Below, piece after piece: positions 10,891 through 21,323 of a stretch of 64,000 nt of DNA. Position 1 is the first letter of the stretch; every line of letters starts with the position of its first letter. The notes beneath the pieces were generated by a model that saw nothing but the letters and a program-made list of their open reading frames with translations, was not told the origin of the DNA and did no database searches. The stretch comes from Candidatus Competibacteraceae bacterium. Lineage in GTDB: Bacteria > Pseudomonadota > Gammaproteobacteria > Competibacterales > Competibacteraceae. Made by a program: the position numbers and the translations under genes. Location of the stretch: positions 3,906 through 67,905 of the forward strand of contig REEE01000213.1 of the NCBI GenBank assembly GCA_007695245.1, in the 5' to 3' direction.

Positions 10891-13254
10891 ATGAGCGAGG
10901 AATCAGTCAATATCGAAGTCAACGGCATCCCGCTGCAGGCCCGCAAGGGCGCGATGCTCATCGAGATCACCGACGCGGCGGGCATTCCCATACCCCGATT
11001 CTGTTACCACAAGAAACTGTCCATCGCCGCCAACTGCCGGATGTGTCTGGTCGAGGTCGAGCGGGCGCCCAAGCCGCTGCCGGCGTGCGCGACCCCAGTC
11101 ATGGAAGGCATGAAGGTTTTTACCGAGTCGCCCAAGGCGCGCGCCGCGCAGAAGGGCACCATGGAGTTCCTGCTGATCAACCATCCGCTGGACTGCCCGA
11201 TCTGCGATCAGGGGGGCGAGTGCGAGCTTCAGGATCTCGCCATGGGGTATGGATCCGATGCCTCCCGGTTCGCCGAGCGCAAGCGGGTGATCAAGGACAA
11301 GGATATCGGGCCATTGATCTCCACCGATATGACCCGTTGCATTCATTGCACCCGCTGCGTGCGTTTCGGCGATGAAATCGCCGGCCTGCGCGAGCTGGGG
11401 GCCACCGGGCGCGGTGAATTCATGGAAATCGGCACTTACGTGGCCCACAGCGTGGCGTCGGAGCTGTCGGGTAACGTGATCGACCTGTGTCCGGTCGGCG
11501 CGCTGAACGCCAAGCCGTCCCGAAACCGGGGCCGTTCCTGGGAGTACGTGCAACACGCCGCCGTCGCCCCGCACGACTCGGTGGGCTCCAATATTTTCGT
11601 TCATACCCTGCGCGGCAAAGTGATGCGGGTGGTGCCGCGCGAGAACGATGCGGTCAACGAGACCTGGATCTCCGACCGCGACCGGTTCAGTTACGAAGGC
11701 ATTTACAGCGATGATCGTCTGTCCCGGCCACGGGTCGATGGGGCCGAGACCGATTGGGAAACCGCGTTGGAAGCGGCGGCCAAGGGTTTGCAGGCGGTCA
11801 TCACCCAACAGGGTCCCGAGGCGGTCGGGTTTTTGCTGGGGCCGACCGCGACCGTCGAAGAGTTGTATCTGGCACAGAAGCTGGCGCGGGGTCTCGGCGT
11901 GGCCAACATCGATCACCGGCTGCGGCAGGCCGATTTCAGCGACCAGGACGCCGCGCCGGTTTTCCCCTGGCTGGGGCAGGCGCTGGAAGATCTGGAAAAG
12001 GTTGGGGCGGCCTTGTTGATCGGCAGCAACGTCCGGATGGAACAGCCGCTGGCTGGACTGCGGCTGCGCAAGGCGGCCCTGGCGGGCGGACGGGTGATGT
12101 TCGTGAACCCGCGCGATTTCGAGTTCCGGTTTCCCGTAGCGGCGAAGGTGATCGCCGACCCCGCCGGGATGGTGACGGCCTTGGCGGGTGTGGCCCAGGC
12201 TGTTGCGGAGTTGCAGGGCGAAACCCTGCCGGCGGGTTTGACGGGACTGATCGCCGGTTCGCCCAGCGACGTCGAGCGCGCCATGGCCAAGACGCTGATC
12301 GACCATACGCCGGCCACCGTGCTGCTGGGTAACCTGGCGGTTTCCCATCCCACCTTCGCGCAATTGCGGGCGCTGGCGGGATTCGTGGCGCGTTGCAGCG
12401 GCGCTCGGCTGGGCTATCTGCCGGAAGCCGCCAATTCGGCGGGCGGGTGGCTGGTCGGTGCCTTGCCGCACCGGTTACCGGGCGGGCGGGCGGCGCCAAC
12501 CCTAGGTCTGAACGCGCGAGCCATGCTGGAGTCGCCCCGAAAAGCTTATGTGTTGTTGGGCGTCGAACCCGAACTCGATTGCTGGGATGGCGCGGCGGCG
12601 CACGCGGCTCTGCACGGTGCCGAATTCGTGGTATCGCTCAGTCCTTACGCCAGCGCGGGCGACTCACCGAGTCACTCCCGCATCGTGTTGCCGGTGGCGA
12701 CCTTCGCTGAAACCGCTGGGACCTATGTCAACGCCGAGGGCCGATGGCAAAGCTTCCAGGGTGCCAGCCCGCCGTTTGGCGAGGCGCGGCCGGCCTGGAA
12801 AGTGCTGCGCGTGTTGGGCAATCTCTGCGGCGTGGCCGGGTTTGAGTACGTCAGCGCCGAGGATGTGCTCGCCGAGGTCTGGGGGGACTGTGAGTCGGTG
12901 CAGCCGGACAATATCTCGAACGGAGACTTGCCGAACTGGCAATCCTTCCAACCCGAAGGTCTGTTGCGCGTCGCGGACGTACCGATCTACGCGACGGACC
13001 CACTGGTGCGGCGCGCCCGTTCCCTGCAACAGAGTCCGCTGATGCGGCCCGCCGAAGTCCGATTGCATCCCGAAGTGGCCCAAGCGCTGGGCGTGGTCGG
13101 GCGGGAGCAGGTTCAGGTGCGCCAGAACGGTCGGGCCGTTGAGTTGCCGCTGGTCCTGGACGAGAGCATTCCTCGGGGGTGCGCCTGGATTCCAGCCGGT
13201 CTGCCGGCCAGCGCGGCGCTCGGTCCAGCGGTGGGGCCAGTGGTCATCCAATAA
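10891..13254 (+). CDS. nuoG: NADH-quinone oxidoreductase subunit G
   Basis: 787 aa. N-terminal 2Fe-2S (CYHKKLSIAANCRMC), HPLDCPICDQGGEC, CIHCTRCVRF, then a molybdopterin-like domain. Confidence 0.95.
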   Translation: MSEESVNIEVNGIPLQARKGAMLIEITDAAGIPIPRFCYHKKLSIAANCRMCLVEVERAPKPLPACATPVMEGMKVFTESPKARAAQKGTMEFLLINHPLDCPICDQGGECELQDLAMGYGSDASRFAERKRVIKDKDIGPLISTDMTRCIHCTRCVRFGDEIAGLRELGATGRGEFMEIGTYVAHSVASELSGNVIDLCPVGALNAKPSRNRGRSWEYVQHAAVAPHDSVGSNIFVHTLRGKVMRVVPRENDAVNETWISDRDRFSYEGIYSDDRLSRPRVDGAETDWETALEAAAKGLQAVITQQGPEAVGFLLGPTATVEELYLAQKLARGLGVANIDHRLRQADFSDQDAAPVFPWLGQALEDLEKVGAALLIGSNVRMEQPLAGLRLRKAALAGGRVMFVNPRDFEFRFPVAAKVIADPAGMVTALAGVAQAVAELQGETLPAGLTGLIAGSPSDVERAMAKTLIDHTPATVLLGNLAVSHPTFAQLRALAGFVARCSGARLGYLPEAANSAGGWLVGALPHRLPGGRAAPTLGLNARAMLESPRKAYVLLGVEPELDCWDGAAAHAALHGAEFVVSLSPYASAGDSPSHSRIVLPVATFAETAGTYVNAEGRWQSFQGASPPFGEARPAWKVLRVLGNLCGVAGFEYVSAEDVLAEVWGDCESVQPDNISNGDLPNWQSFQPEGLLRVADVPIYATDPLVRRARSLQQSPLMRPAEVRLHPEVAQALGVVGREQVQVRQNGRAVELPLVLDESIPRGCAWIPAGLPASAALGPAVGPVVIQ

Positions 13255-13272
13255 CAATCGGGATCTCGGATC

Positions 13273-14295
13273 ATGGAAATCTTGCTGACGGTCACCGTCA
13301 TCCTGCTGAAAATCTTCGCGGTGCTGATGCCGCTCCTGATCGCCGTGGCGTATTTGACTTTCGCCGAGCGCAAGATCATCGGCTATATGCAGGTGCGGAT
13401 CGGCCCGAACCGGGTCGGCCCCGGAGGCTGGCTGCAGCCCATCGCCGACGCCATGAAGCTGATGTTCAAGGAGATCATCGTCCCCAACCGGGCCAACCGC
13501 TTTCTGTTCGTCCTGGCACCGATCCTCTCCTTCGGCCCGGCCCTGGCGGCATGGGCGGTGATCCCGTTCGGCGATGGCATGATGATCTCCCATCTGGATG
13601 CCGGCCTGCTGTATCTGTTGGCGCTGACCTCAATGGGCGTCTATGGGGTGATCATTGCCGGCTGGGCTTCAAATTCCAAGTATGCCTTCCTCGGCGCCAT
13701 GCGGTCGGCGGCGCAAATCGTCTCTTATGAGATCGCCTTGGGCTTCGCGCTGGTCGGGGTGCTGATGGCCGCCGGCAGCCTGAATCTCAACCAGATCGTG
13801 CTGGCGCAGCAGGGAAGTTTACTGCACTGGTTCTGGCTGCCGCTGTTTCCGCTGTTTGTGGTAGCCTTCATTTCCGGAGTCGCCGAAACCAATCGCGCGC
13901 CTTTCGACGTCGCCGAAGGCGAATCGGAGATCGTGGCCGGGTTTCACGTCGATTACTCCGGCATGGCTTTCGCGGTGTTTTTCCTGGCGGAATACGCCAA
14001 CATGATCCTGGTTTCGGCGTTGGGAGCGACCCTGTTTCTGGGGGGCTGGCTGTCGCCTTTTGAAGGCATCCCCCTGCTGGGTGATCTGTTCGCCTTCGTT
14101 CCCGGCGCGATCTGGCTGGTCCTCAAGATTTCATTGTTGTTATTGCTGTTTTTATGGTTCCGCGCCACGTTCCCTCGTTACCGCTACGATCAAATCATGC
14201 GCTTGGGCTGGAAAGTGTTTATTCCTGTGACACTGGTCTGGCTGGTGGTGGTCGGGTTGGGCGTACTGGGAGGCGTCGGCCCGTGGTTCGCTTGA
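13273..14295 (+). CDS. nuoH: NADH-quinone oxidoreductase subunit H
   Basis: 340 aa polytopic membrane protein with [19 protein letters not shown] and [26 protein letters not shown]. Confidence 0.95.
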   Translation: MEILLTVTVILLKIFAVLMPLLIAVAYLTFAERKIIGYMQVRIGPNRVGPGGWLQPIADAMKLMFKEIIVPNRANRFLFVLAPILSFGPALAAWAVIPFGDGMMISHLDAGLLYLLALTSMGVYGVIIAGWASNSKYAFLGAMRSAAQIVSYEIALGFALVGVLMAAGSLNLNQIVLAQQGSLLHWFWLPLFPLFVVAFISGVAETNRAPFDVAEGESEIVAGFHVDYSGMAFAVFFLAEYANMILVSALGATLFLGGWLSPFEGIPLLGDLFAFVPGAIWLVLKISLLLLLFLWFRATFPRYRYDQIMRLGWKVFIPVTLVWLVVVGLGVLGGVGPWFA

Positions 14296-14308
14296 GCGGA
14301 GAGTACTG

Positions 14309-14806
14309 ATGAAGACCCTGCAAGACCTTCGGTATTATTTCAAGAGCTTCCTGTTGTGGGAGCTGTTGCTTGGCCTGCGGGTCACCGGACGCTATCTGTT
14401 CGCCAAAAAGATCACGGTGCAGTACCCGGAAGAGAAAACCCCGTTGTCGCCCCGATTTCGGGGCCTACATGCCCTGCGCCGCTATCCGAACGGCGAGGAG
14501 CGCTGCATCGCCTGCAAGTTGTGCGAGGCGGTGTGCCCGGCGCTGGCCATCACCATTGAGTCCGAGCAGCGGGCGGATGGGACGCGCCGCACCACGCGCT
14601 ACGACATTGATTTGTTCAAGTGCATCTACTGCGGATTCTGTGAGGAATCGTGCCCGGTGGATTCCATCGTGGAAACCCGGGTGTTCGAATACCATTTCGA
14701 GAAACGCGGCGAGCACATCATGACCAAGGAAATGCTGCTGGCCCACGGCGACCGGTACGAGGCGCAGATCGCCGCCGACCGGGTCGCCGATGCGCCGTAT
14801 CGGTAG
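14309..14806 (+). CDS. nuoI: NADH-quinone oxidoreductase subunit I (2x[4Fe-4S])
   Basis: 165 aa with [12 protein letters not shown] and [12 protein letters not shown] ferredoxin motifs. Confidence 0.95.
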   Translation: MKTLQDLRYYFKSFLLWELLLGLRVTGRYLFAKKITVQYPEEKTPLSPRFRGLHALRRYPNGEERCIACKLCEAVCPALAITIESEQRADGTRRTTRYDIDLFKCIYCGFCEESCPVDSIVETRVFEYHFEKRGEHIMTKEMLLAHGDRYEAQIAADRVADAPYR

Positions 14807-14847
14807 AAGGATGAAGGATGAAGGATAAATCCTAAATCCTAAATCCT
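14807..14847. repeat. Heptamer tandem repeats in inverted orientation in the nuoI-nuoJ spacer
   Basis: (aaggatg)x3 is followed directly by (aaatcct)x3. The AGGAT and ATCCT cores are reverse complements, so the element can fold as an interrupted hairpin. Confidence 0.8.
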
Positions 14848-14870
14848 AAAAATCATGGGATTTGAAAACA

Positions 14871-15476
14871 ATGGGATTTGATAAATTTCTCTTTTACGTC
14901 TTCGCTCTGATTCTGCTGTTCGCGGCGGTACGGGTGATCACGGCGCGTAACCCGATCCATGCCGCTCTGTTCCTGGTCCTGGCGTTTTTCACCAGCGCCG
15001 CGCTGTGGCTGTTACTCGAGGCCGAGTTTTTAGCCATCACCCTGGTTCTGGTGTATGTGGGTGCGGTCATGGTGCTGTTCCTGTTCGTGGTGATGATGCT
15101 GGATATCAATGTCGCTCCGGTGCGCGGTAGTTTTAGCAAGTATTTGCCGATCGGCGCGGCGGTGGCGCTGGTTATCTTCATCGAGATGGCGCTGATCGTC
15201 GGCTCCAGTTACTTCGGCGGCGAGCAATACAACCTGGTCCGCCAGGCGGCCGACCACAGCAATACCCGCGAACTGGGCCGCGTTCTCTATACCTTCTACG
15301 TCTATCCGTTCGAAATCGCCGCCGTGATTCTGCTGGTGGCGATCATCGCCGCGATTTCGCTGACGATGCGGCAGCGGGAGGGGACAAAAACGCAGAATCC
15401 AGGCCAGCAGGTGCGGGTATCACGGGATGATCGGGTGCGTCTGGTGCGCATGGCGTCGGAAAAAAAGAAGAAATAG
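14871..15476 (+). CDS. nuoJ: NADH-quinone oxidoreductase subunit J
   Basis: About 201 aa and multi-TM, with YVGAVMVLFLFVVMML. I prefer ATG 14871 (MGFDKFLFYVF) over the ORF-track TTG at 14862. Confidence 0.9.
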   Translation: MGFDKFLFYVFALILLFAAVRVITARNPIHAALFLVLAFFTSAALWLLLEAEFLAITLVLVYVGAVMVLFLFVVMMLDINVAPVRGSFSKYLPIGAAVALVIFIEMALIVGSSYFGGEQYNLVRQAADHSNTRELGRVLYTFYVYPFEIAAVILLVAIIAAISLTMRQREGTKTQNPGQQVRVSRDDRVRLVRMASEKKKK

Positions 15477-15584
15477 CATGACCGCGCCTCAGGATGGCGT
15501 GTTCGCAATCCTTCGCGCCGCCATCACGCAGCCTCCAATCCATAACACCAATATCCAGATAAACCCTATTACAGGGAGGGATCG

Positions 15585-15890
15585 ATGATCGCGCTTACGG
15601 ATTATCTCGTGCTGGCGGCGCTCCTCTTTTGTCTCAGCGTGGCGGGCATTTTCCTGAATCGGAAAAACGTCATCATCCTGCTGATGTCGATCGAACTCAT
15701 GCTGTTGTCGGTGAACTTCAATTTCATCGCCTTTTCACGGTTTCTCGACGACATCACCGGCCAGGTGTTCGTCTTTTTTATCCTGACCGTGGCGGCGGCC
15801 GAGGCGGCCATCGGCCTGGCTATCCTGGTGGTATTGTTCCGCAACCGGGGCACCATCAACGTCACCGACCTCGATACGCTGAAAGGTTAG
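15585..15890 (+). CDS. nuoK: NADH-quinone oxidoreductase subunit K
   Basis: 101 aa with 3 TM segments and [17 protein letters not shown]...[13 protein letters not shown]. Confidence 0.93.
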   Translation: MIALTDYLVLAALLFCLSVAGIFLNRKNVIILLMSIELMLLSVNFNFIAFSRFLDDITGQVFVFFILTVAAAEAAIGLAILVVLFRNRGTINVTDLDTLKG

Positions 15891-15894
15891 CCGC

Positions 15895-17847
15895 ATGGAA
15901 AACGTTTACCTCGCGATTGTGCTGGCGCCCCTGTTCGGCGCTCTCGTCGCCGGCCTGTTCGGCCGTCAGATCGGCCGCGCCGGCGCCCACTGGGTCGCCA
16001 TCATCGGCGTGGCGATTTCCTTCCTGCTCTCGCTGATCGTGCTCCAACATCATGTGTGGGAAGGGGCCGACCCGTACAACGGTACGGTCTACACCTGGAT
16101 GGTAATCGAGGGCATCCGCCTGGAAATTGGCTTCCTGGTGGATAATCTGACGGCGGTGATGATCGCCACCGTAACCTTCGTGTCCTTGATGGTGCATATC
16201 TACACCATCGGCTACATGCACGACGACGACGGTTACCAGCGGTTCTTCTGCTACATCGCGCTGTTTACGTTCGCCATGCTGATGCTGGTGATGGCCAACA
16301 ACTTCCTGCAACTGTTCTTCGGTTGGGAAGCGGTGGGTTTGATGTCGTACCTGCTGATCGGTTTCTGGTACAAACGCGAAAGCGCCATCTTCGCCAACAT
16401 GAAGGCGTTCCTGGTCAATCGGGTGGGCGATTTCGGTTTTCTGTTGGGGATCGCCGCCATCCTGATGGCCTTCAACAGTCTGGATTACGCCGACGTCTTC
16501 GCCGCCGCGCCGCTGATGGCCGACATGACCACGCAGATCATTCCGGGATTGGACTGGTCGCTGATGACGGTGATTTGCATCCTGCTGTTTATCGGCGCCA
16601 TGGGTAAGTCCGCGCAGGTGCCGCTGCATGTCTGGCTTCCGGATTCGATGGAAGGTCCTACGCCGATCTCGGCCCTGATTCACGCCGCGACCATGGTCAC
16701 CGCCGGCATCTTCATGGTGGCGCGGATGTCGCCGCTGTTCGAATTGTCGGTCACCGCGTTGAGCTTCGTGTTGATCATCGGTGCCATCACCGCCCTGTTC
16801 ATGGGGTTCCTGGGCATCATCCAGAACGACATCAAGCGGGTGGTGGCCTATTCCACGCTCTCGCAACTGGGTTACATGACGGTGGCGCTGGGCGTGTCGG
16901 CCTATTCAGCCGCCATGTTCCATCTCATGACCCACGCCTTTTTCAAGGCGCTGCTGTTCCTGGGCGCGGGTTCGGTGATCATCGCCCTGCATCACGTCCA
17001 GGATATCCGCAAGATGGGTGGGTTGTGGCGCTACATGCCGATCACTTGGTTCACCTTCCTGCTCGGTACGCTGGCGCTGGTCGGCACCCCGGGTTTCTCA
17101 GGCTTTTATTCCAAGGACAGTATTCTCGAAGCCGTGCGTTTTTCCCAGATTCCGGGGGCCGGCGTGGTGTACTGGATGGTCCTGCTGGGTGTGTTCGTGA
17201 CCGCGCTCTACTCGTTCCGGTTGTACTTTCTGGTGTTCCACGGCCCGGAGCGGATGGATCATCATACCCGAGAGCACCTGCATGAAACGCCGGCGGTCGT
17301 GACCGTACCGCTGATCCTGCTGGCCATTCCTTCGGTGGTGATCGGGGCCATGACCATCGAGCCACTGCTGTTCGGCACGGTGTTCGAGAACATTATTTAT
17401 GTCGCGCCGACCCGCGACGTGCTGGCGCAACTGGCCGAGCACTATCACGGTGCGCTGAGTTTCGCTCTGCACGGAATGTTGCACGCGCCGTTCCTGCTGG
17501 TCGTCGCCGGGGCCGTTTCGGCTTGGTATCTGTACCTGCGGCGGCCGGATCTGCCGGGACGGATTCAGGCGCGCCTGGCTGGATTGTACGACGTCATGAA
17601 CCGCAAGTACCTGTTCGACGAGATTTACCAGGTGGTGTTCATGCGCGGCAGCCAGAAGCTGGGCGGCGTGCTGTGGAAATACGCCGACGCGGGCTTGATC
17701 GATGGGGTGCTGGTGAATGGGACGGCCCGGCTGGTCGGCTGGTTCGCGGCCGTGGCTCGCCATCTGCAGACGGGCTACCTGTACCACTACGCCTTCGCGA
17801 TGATCATCGGTCTGCTGATCCTGTTGACGTGGTTCGTCACCCGCTAA
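15895..17847 (+). CDS. nuoL: NADH-quinone oxidoreductase subunit L
   Basis: 650 aa antiporter-like subunit with FFGWEAVGLMSYLLIGFW and GKSAQVPLHVWLPDSMEGPTPISALIHAATMV. Confidence 0.95.
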   Translation: MENVYLAIVLAPLFGALVAGLFGRQIGRAGAHWVAIIGVAISFLLSLIVLQHHVWEGADPYNGTVYTWMVIEGIRLEIGFLVDNLTAVMIATVTFVSLMVHIYTIGYMHDDDGYQRFFCYIALFTFAMLMLVMANNFLQLFFGWEAVGLMSYLLIGFWYKRESAIFANMKAFLVNRVGDFGFLLGIAAILMAFNSLDYADVFAAAPLMADMTTQIIPGLDWSLMTVICILLFIGAMGKSAQVPLHVWLPDSMEGPTPISALIHAATMVTAGIFMVARMSPLFELSVTALSFVLIIGAITALFMGFLGIIQNDIKRVVAYSTLSQLGYMTVALGVSAYSAAMFHLMTHAFFKALLFLGAGSVIIALHHVQDIRKMGGLWRYMPITWFTFLLGTLALVGTPGFSGFYSKDSILEAVRFSQIPGAGVVYWMVLLGVFVTALYSFRLYFLVFHGPERMDHHTREHLHETPAVVTVPLILLAIPSVVIGAMTIEPLLFGTVFENIIYVAPTRDVLAQLAEHYHGALSFALHGMLHAPFLLVVAGAVSAWYLYLRRPDLPGRIQARLAGLYDVMNRKYLFDEIYQVVFMRGSQKLGGVLWKYADAGLIDGVLVNGTARLVGWFAAVARHLQTGYLYHYAFAMIIGLLILLTWFVTR

Positions 17848-17865
17848 CCTGGAAGAAGAATAACC

Positions 17866-19380
17866 ATGCTGTCGGAACTGCCCCTGCTGAGTTTGGTCAT
17901 CTGGTTCCCGGTGCTGGGAGGCATCGCGGTACTGTTCGTGGGCGACGAAAACCCGAGCCGCGCCAAAGCGCTAGCCTTGACGGTGGCGATCCTGAGCTTC
18001 TTGATCAGTCTCCCGCTGTACACGCTGTTTGATACCACGACGGCGATGATGCAGTTCCAGGAATCCATATCCTGGATTCCGATGCTGGGCGTCAACTACC
18101 ATTTGGGCGTGGACGGCTTCTCGATGCCGTTGATCCTGCTGACCACGTTCATGACCGTGATCGTGGTGATCGCCGGTTGGGAGGTGGTGCAGTATCGGGT
18201 CGCCCAGTACATGGCGGCCTTCCTGATCATGGAAGGGTTGATGGTCGGCGTGTTCGCCGCGCTGGACGCCATCCTGTTCTATGTGTTCTTCGAGGCGATG
18301 CTGATCCCGATGTTCCTGATCATCGGCATCTGGGGCGGTCCGCGCCGAGTCTACGCGACGCTCAAGTTCTTTCTGTACACCTTTCTGGGCTCGGTGTTCA
18401 TGTTGATCGCCCTGATCTATCTGTATCATCAGGCGCAAAGCTTCGCGATTCTGGACTTCCATGTGTTGCCCCTGAGCCTGACCGAGCAGGTGCTGATCTT
18501 CTTCGCCTTCCTGTTGGGGTTCTCGGTCAAGGTGCCGATGTGGCCGGTGCATACCTGGCTGCCGGACGCCCACGTCGAGGCGCCTACCGGCGGTTCGGTC
18601 ATCCTGGCGGCGATCACCCTGAAAATCGGTGGCTACGGGTTCCTGCGGTTCGCCTTGCCGATCACGCCGGACGCCGCTGGGACGCTGGACTGGCTGATCA
18701 TCACCCTGTCGTTAATCGCGGTGGTCTACATCAGTTTGGTCGCTCTGATCCAGCAGGACATGAAGAAGCTGATCGCCTACTCGTCGATCGCCCACATGGG
18801 CTTCGTAACCCTGGGTTTCTTCATCGCCTTCAGCATCTACCGGCAAACCGGCAGTCTGAGCGGCGCGGCCATGGGCATCCAGGGCGGCATGGTGCAGATG
18901 GTGTCGCACGGCTTCATCTCCGGAGCGTTGTTCCTGTGCGTGGGGGTGCTGTACGACCGAATGCATTCCCGGCAGATCAAGGATTACGGCGGGGTGGTCA
19001 ACACCATGCCGGTGTTCGCCGCGTTCATGGTGCTGTTTTGCATGGCGAACGCCGGATTGCCCGGCACGTCCGGTTTCGTCGGCGAATTCATGGTGATCCT
19101 GAGCAGCTTCAAGGCTAATTTCTGGATCGCTTTCCTGGCCGCCACCACCCTGATGCTGGGGGCCGCCTACACCCTGTGGTTGATCAAGCGGGTCGTGTTC
19201 GGAGAGATCGGCAACCCGCACGTCGCCGAATTGAAGGATATCAACACCCGCGAGATCCTCATGCTGAGCCTGTTGGCGGCGGCGGTGTTGGGGCTCGGCG
19301 TCTGGCCCGATCCACTGACCTCGGTGATGCACGCCACGGTGGATAATTTGTTGCAGCACATCATCGTGACCAAGCTGTAA
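17866..19380 (+). CDS. nuoM: NADH-quinone oxidoreductase subunit M
   Basis: 504 aa antiporter-like subunit with KVPMWPVHTWLPDAHVEAPTGGSVILAAI and YSSIAHMGF. Confidence 0.95.
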   Translation: MLSELPLLSLVIWFPVLGGIAVLFVGDENPSRAKALALTVAILSFLISLPLYTLFDTTTAMMQFQESISWIPMLGVNYHLGVDGFSMPLILLTTFMTVIVVIAGWEVVQYRVAQYMAAFLIMEGLMVGVFAALDAILFYVFFEAMLIPMFLIIGIWGGPRRVYATLKFFLYTFLGSVFMLIALIYLYHQAQSFAILDFHVLPLSLTEQVLIFFAFLLGFSVKVPMWPVHTWLPDAHVEAPTGGSVILAAITLKIGGYGFLRFALPITPDAAGTLDWLIITLSLIAVVYISLVALIQQDMKKLIAYSSIAHMGFVTLGFFIAFSIYRQTGSLSGAAMGIQGGMVQMVSHGFISGALFLCVGVLYDRMHSRQIKDYGGVVNTMPVFAAFMVLFCMANAGLPGTSGFVGEFMVILSSFKANFWIAFLAATTLMLGAAYTLWLIKRVVFGEIGNPHVAELKDINTREILMLSLLAAAVLGLGVWPDPLTSVMHATVDNLLQHIIVTKL

Positions 19381-19423
19381 CGGCCGCCCTCGCTGAGAAG
19401 AATTCGGAGAATAGGGAAACCCC

Positions 19424-20866
19424 ATGAATTTCGTCGCCCCTGATTTCATGCCGCTGCTGCCGGAACTGTTCGTCCTGACCCTGGCCTGCTTCATCCTGGT
19501 CGTCGATGTATTCCTGGAGGAGCGGCAACGGCATATCACCTATGGATTGGCCCAGTTGACGTTGTTGGGCGCGGCCCTACTGACGCTGGCGACCTACGCG
19601 CACGCACCGGTGACCACCATGTTCGGTCACTACGTCAGGGACGCCATGGGTGATGTGCTCAAGCTGTGCATCTATCTGGCTACCGCCGCCGTGTTCCTGT
19701 ACTCCCGCGACTATCTGCGCCAGCGGGACCTGTTCAAAGGCGAGTACTACGTGCTGGGCCTGTTCGGCGTGCTGGGCATGATGGTCATGGTATCGGCGCA
19801 CAGCCTTCTCACCGTCTATCTGGGTCTGGAACTGCTGTCGCTGTCGCTGTATGCCCTGGTGGCTTTCAATCGTGATTCGCCCACGGCTTCGGAAGCCGCC
19901 ATGAAATACTTCGTACTGGGCTCGATCGCTTCCGGCATGTTGCTGTACGGGATTTCGATGATCTACGGCGCGACCGGCAGCGTGGATCTCCAAATCATCG
20001 CCGACGCCGTCATCGCCGCTCCAGGCACGGAGAATCTGGTGCTGGTGTTCGGGCTGGTGTTTCTGGTGGTCGGGCTGGCGTTCAAGCTGGGCGCGGTGCC
20101 CTTCCACATGTGGGTGCCGGATGTCTATCAGGGCGCGCCGACCTCGGTGACTCTGTACATCGCTTCAGCCCCCAAGCTGGCGGCATTCGCGCTGTTAATG
20201 CGGGTGCTGGTGGAGGGGTTGGGCGCGCTGCAAGCCGACTGGCAACAGATGCTCATCATTCTGGTGGTGCTATCCATCGTGCTGGGTAATCTGGTCGCCA
20301 TCGTCCAGACTAACATCAAGCGGATGCTGGCCTACTCGACGATATCCCATGTTGGGTTTCTGCTCATGGGCATCCTGGCGGGCACGCCGGAGGGCTACGC
20401 GGCGGCCATGTTCTATACCATCGTTTACGTATTGATGGCGGTCGGCGCCTTCGGTGTGGTGATCGTGCTGAGCCGGTCTGGTTTCGAGGCCGAGAATATC
20501 GATGATTTTAAGGGCCTGAATGACCGCAACCCTTGGCTGGCTTTCCTGATGATGGTCATCATGATGTCCATGGCGGGCGTTCCGTTCCTGGTGGGCTTCT
20601 ACGCCAAGTGGGTGGTGCTCCAGGCCATCGTCAACATCGGGCTGGTGTGGCTGGCGATCCTGGGCGTGGTGTTCTCGGTGATCGGGGCGTTTTACTATCT
20701 GCGGGTGGTGCGGTGCATGTATTTCGACCGGCCAGAGCAGAGCGAACCCATTCAGATGAAACTGGATACCGAAATCGCGATCAGCGCCAATGGCCTGTTG
20801 CTGGTGGCGTTGGGGTTGTACCCGACCGCGTTGATGACCTGGTGCGCCTTGGCGCTATCGGGCTGA
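19424..20866 (+). CDS. nuoN: NADH-quinone oxidoreductase subunit N
   Basis: 480 aa antiporter-like subunit with [23 protein letters not shown] and [10 protein letters not shown]. Confidence 0.95.
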   Translation: MNFVAPDFMPLLPELFVLTLACFILVVDVFLEERQRHITYGLAQLTLLGAALLTLATYAHAPVTTMFGHYVRDAMGDVLKLCIYLATAAVFLYSRDYLRQRDLFKGEYYVLGLFGVLGMMVMVSAHSLLTVYLGLELLSLSLYALVAFNRDSPTASEAAMKYFVLGSIASGMLLYGISMIYGATGSVDLQIIADAVIAAPGTENLVLVFGLVFLVVGLAFKLGAVPFHMWVPDVYQGAPTSVTLYIASAPKLAAFALLMRVLVEGLGALQADWQQMLIILVVLSIVLGNLVAIVQTNIKRMLAYSTISHVGFLLMGILAGTPEGYAAAMFYTIVYVLMAVGAFGVVIVLSRSGFEAENIDDFKGLNDRNPWLAFLMMVIMMSMAGVPFLVGFYAKWVVLQAIVNIGLVWLAILGVVFSVIGAFYYLRVVRCMYFDRPEQSEPIQMKLDTEIAISANGLLLVALGLYPTALMTWCALALSG

Positions 20867-20895
20867 GTCTTGACTGACTTTTTTATGATTCATCC

Positions 20896-21225
20896 GTGAT
20901 GTCGCAAGAGATCGTCATTGGATTATGGCTGGGATTGGCGGTGATCGCCGCCAACCTGCCATGGCTTAGCGAACGCTGGTTTCTGGTGATCGCATCGCGG
21001 GATGGGCGTCCCAAGCCCTTCTGGCCGCGCCTGGTTGAGTGGGGGTTGCTGTACGGCCTGATGTTGGGTATCGGGTTCGGCTTCGAACACCAGGCGACCG
21101 GCGCGGTTCACGCGCAATCCTGGGAATTTTATGTCGTGACGCTGTGTCTGTTCGCCGTCGGCGCCCTCCCGGGGTTTGTCTACCGCTATCAGGTTCGCCG
21201 TCTGCTGGAGCAGGCGGGTCGGTAG
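20896..21225 (+). CDS. Small membrane protein, DUF2818-like (commonly follows nuoN)
   Basis: 109 aa with 3-4 TM segments. ANLPWLSERWF...WEFYVVTLCLFAVGALPGFVYRY matches my recollection of the DUF2818 family. The family name needs an HMM check. Confidence 0.6.
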   Translation: MMSQEIVIGLWLGLAVIAANLPWLSERWFLVIASRDGRPKPFWPRLVEWGLLYGLMLGIGFGFEHQATGAVHAQSWEFYVVTLCLFAVGALPGFVYRYQVRRLLEQAGR

Positions 21226-21323
21226 AGGCATCCTCCGATCTCGGCCTGCCTCCCGCTTTTGCTGCACTGCAATATAAGCCGCGTTATAATGCGCCGTTCT
21301 CCGAGGCAACGCGTGGAGCGGCC

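Noticed and set aside
21039-21323. N-terminal 95-codon extension of the phosphoribulokinase ORF.
   Set aside because: It overlaps the DUF2818-like gene in another frame. The homologous PRK N-terminus (MSKQHPIIAITGSSGAGTST) begins at ATG 21324.
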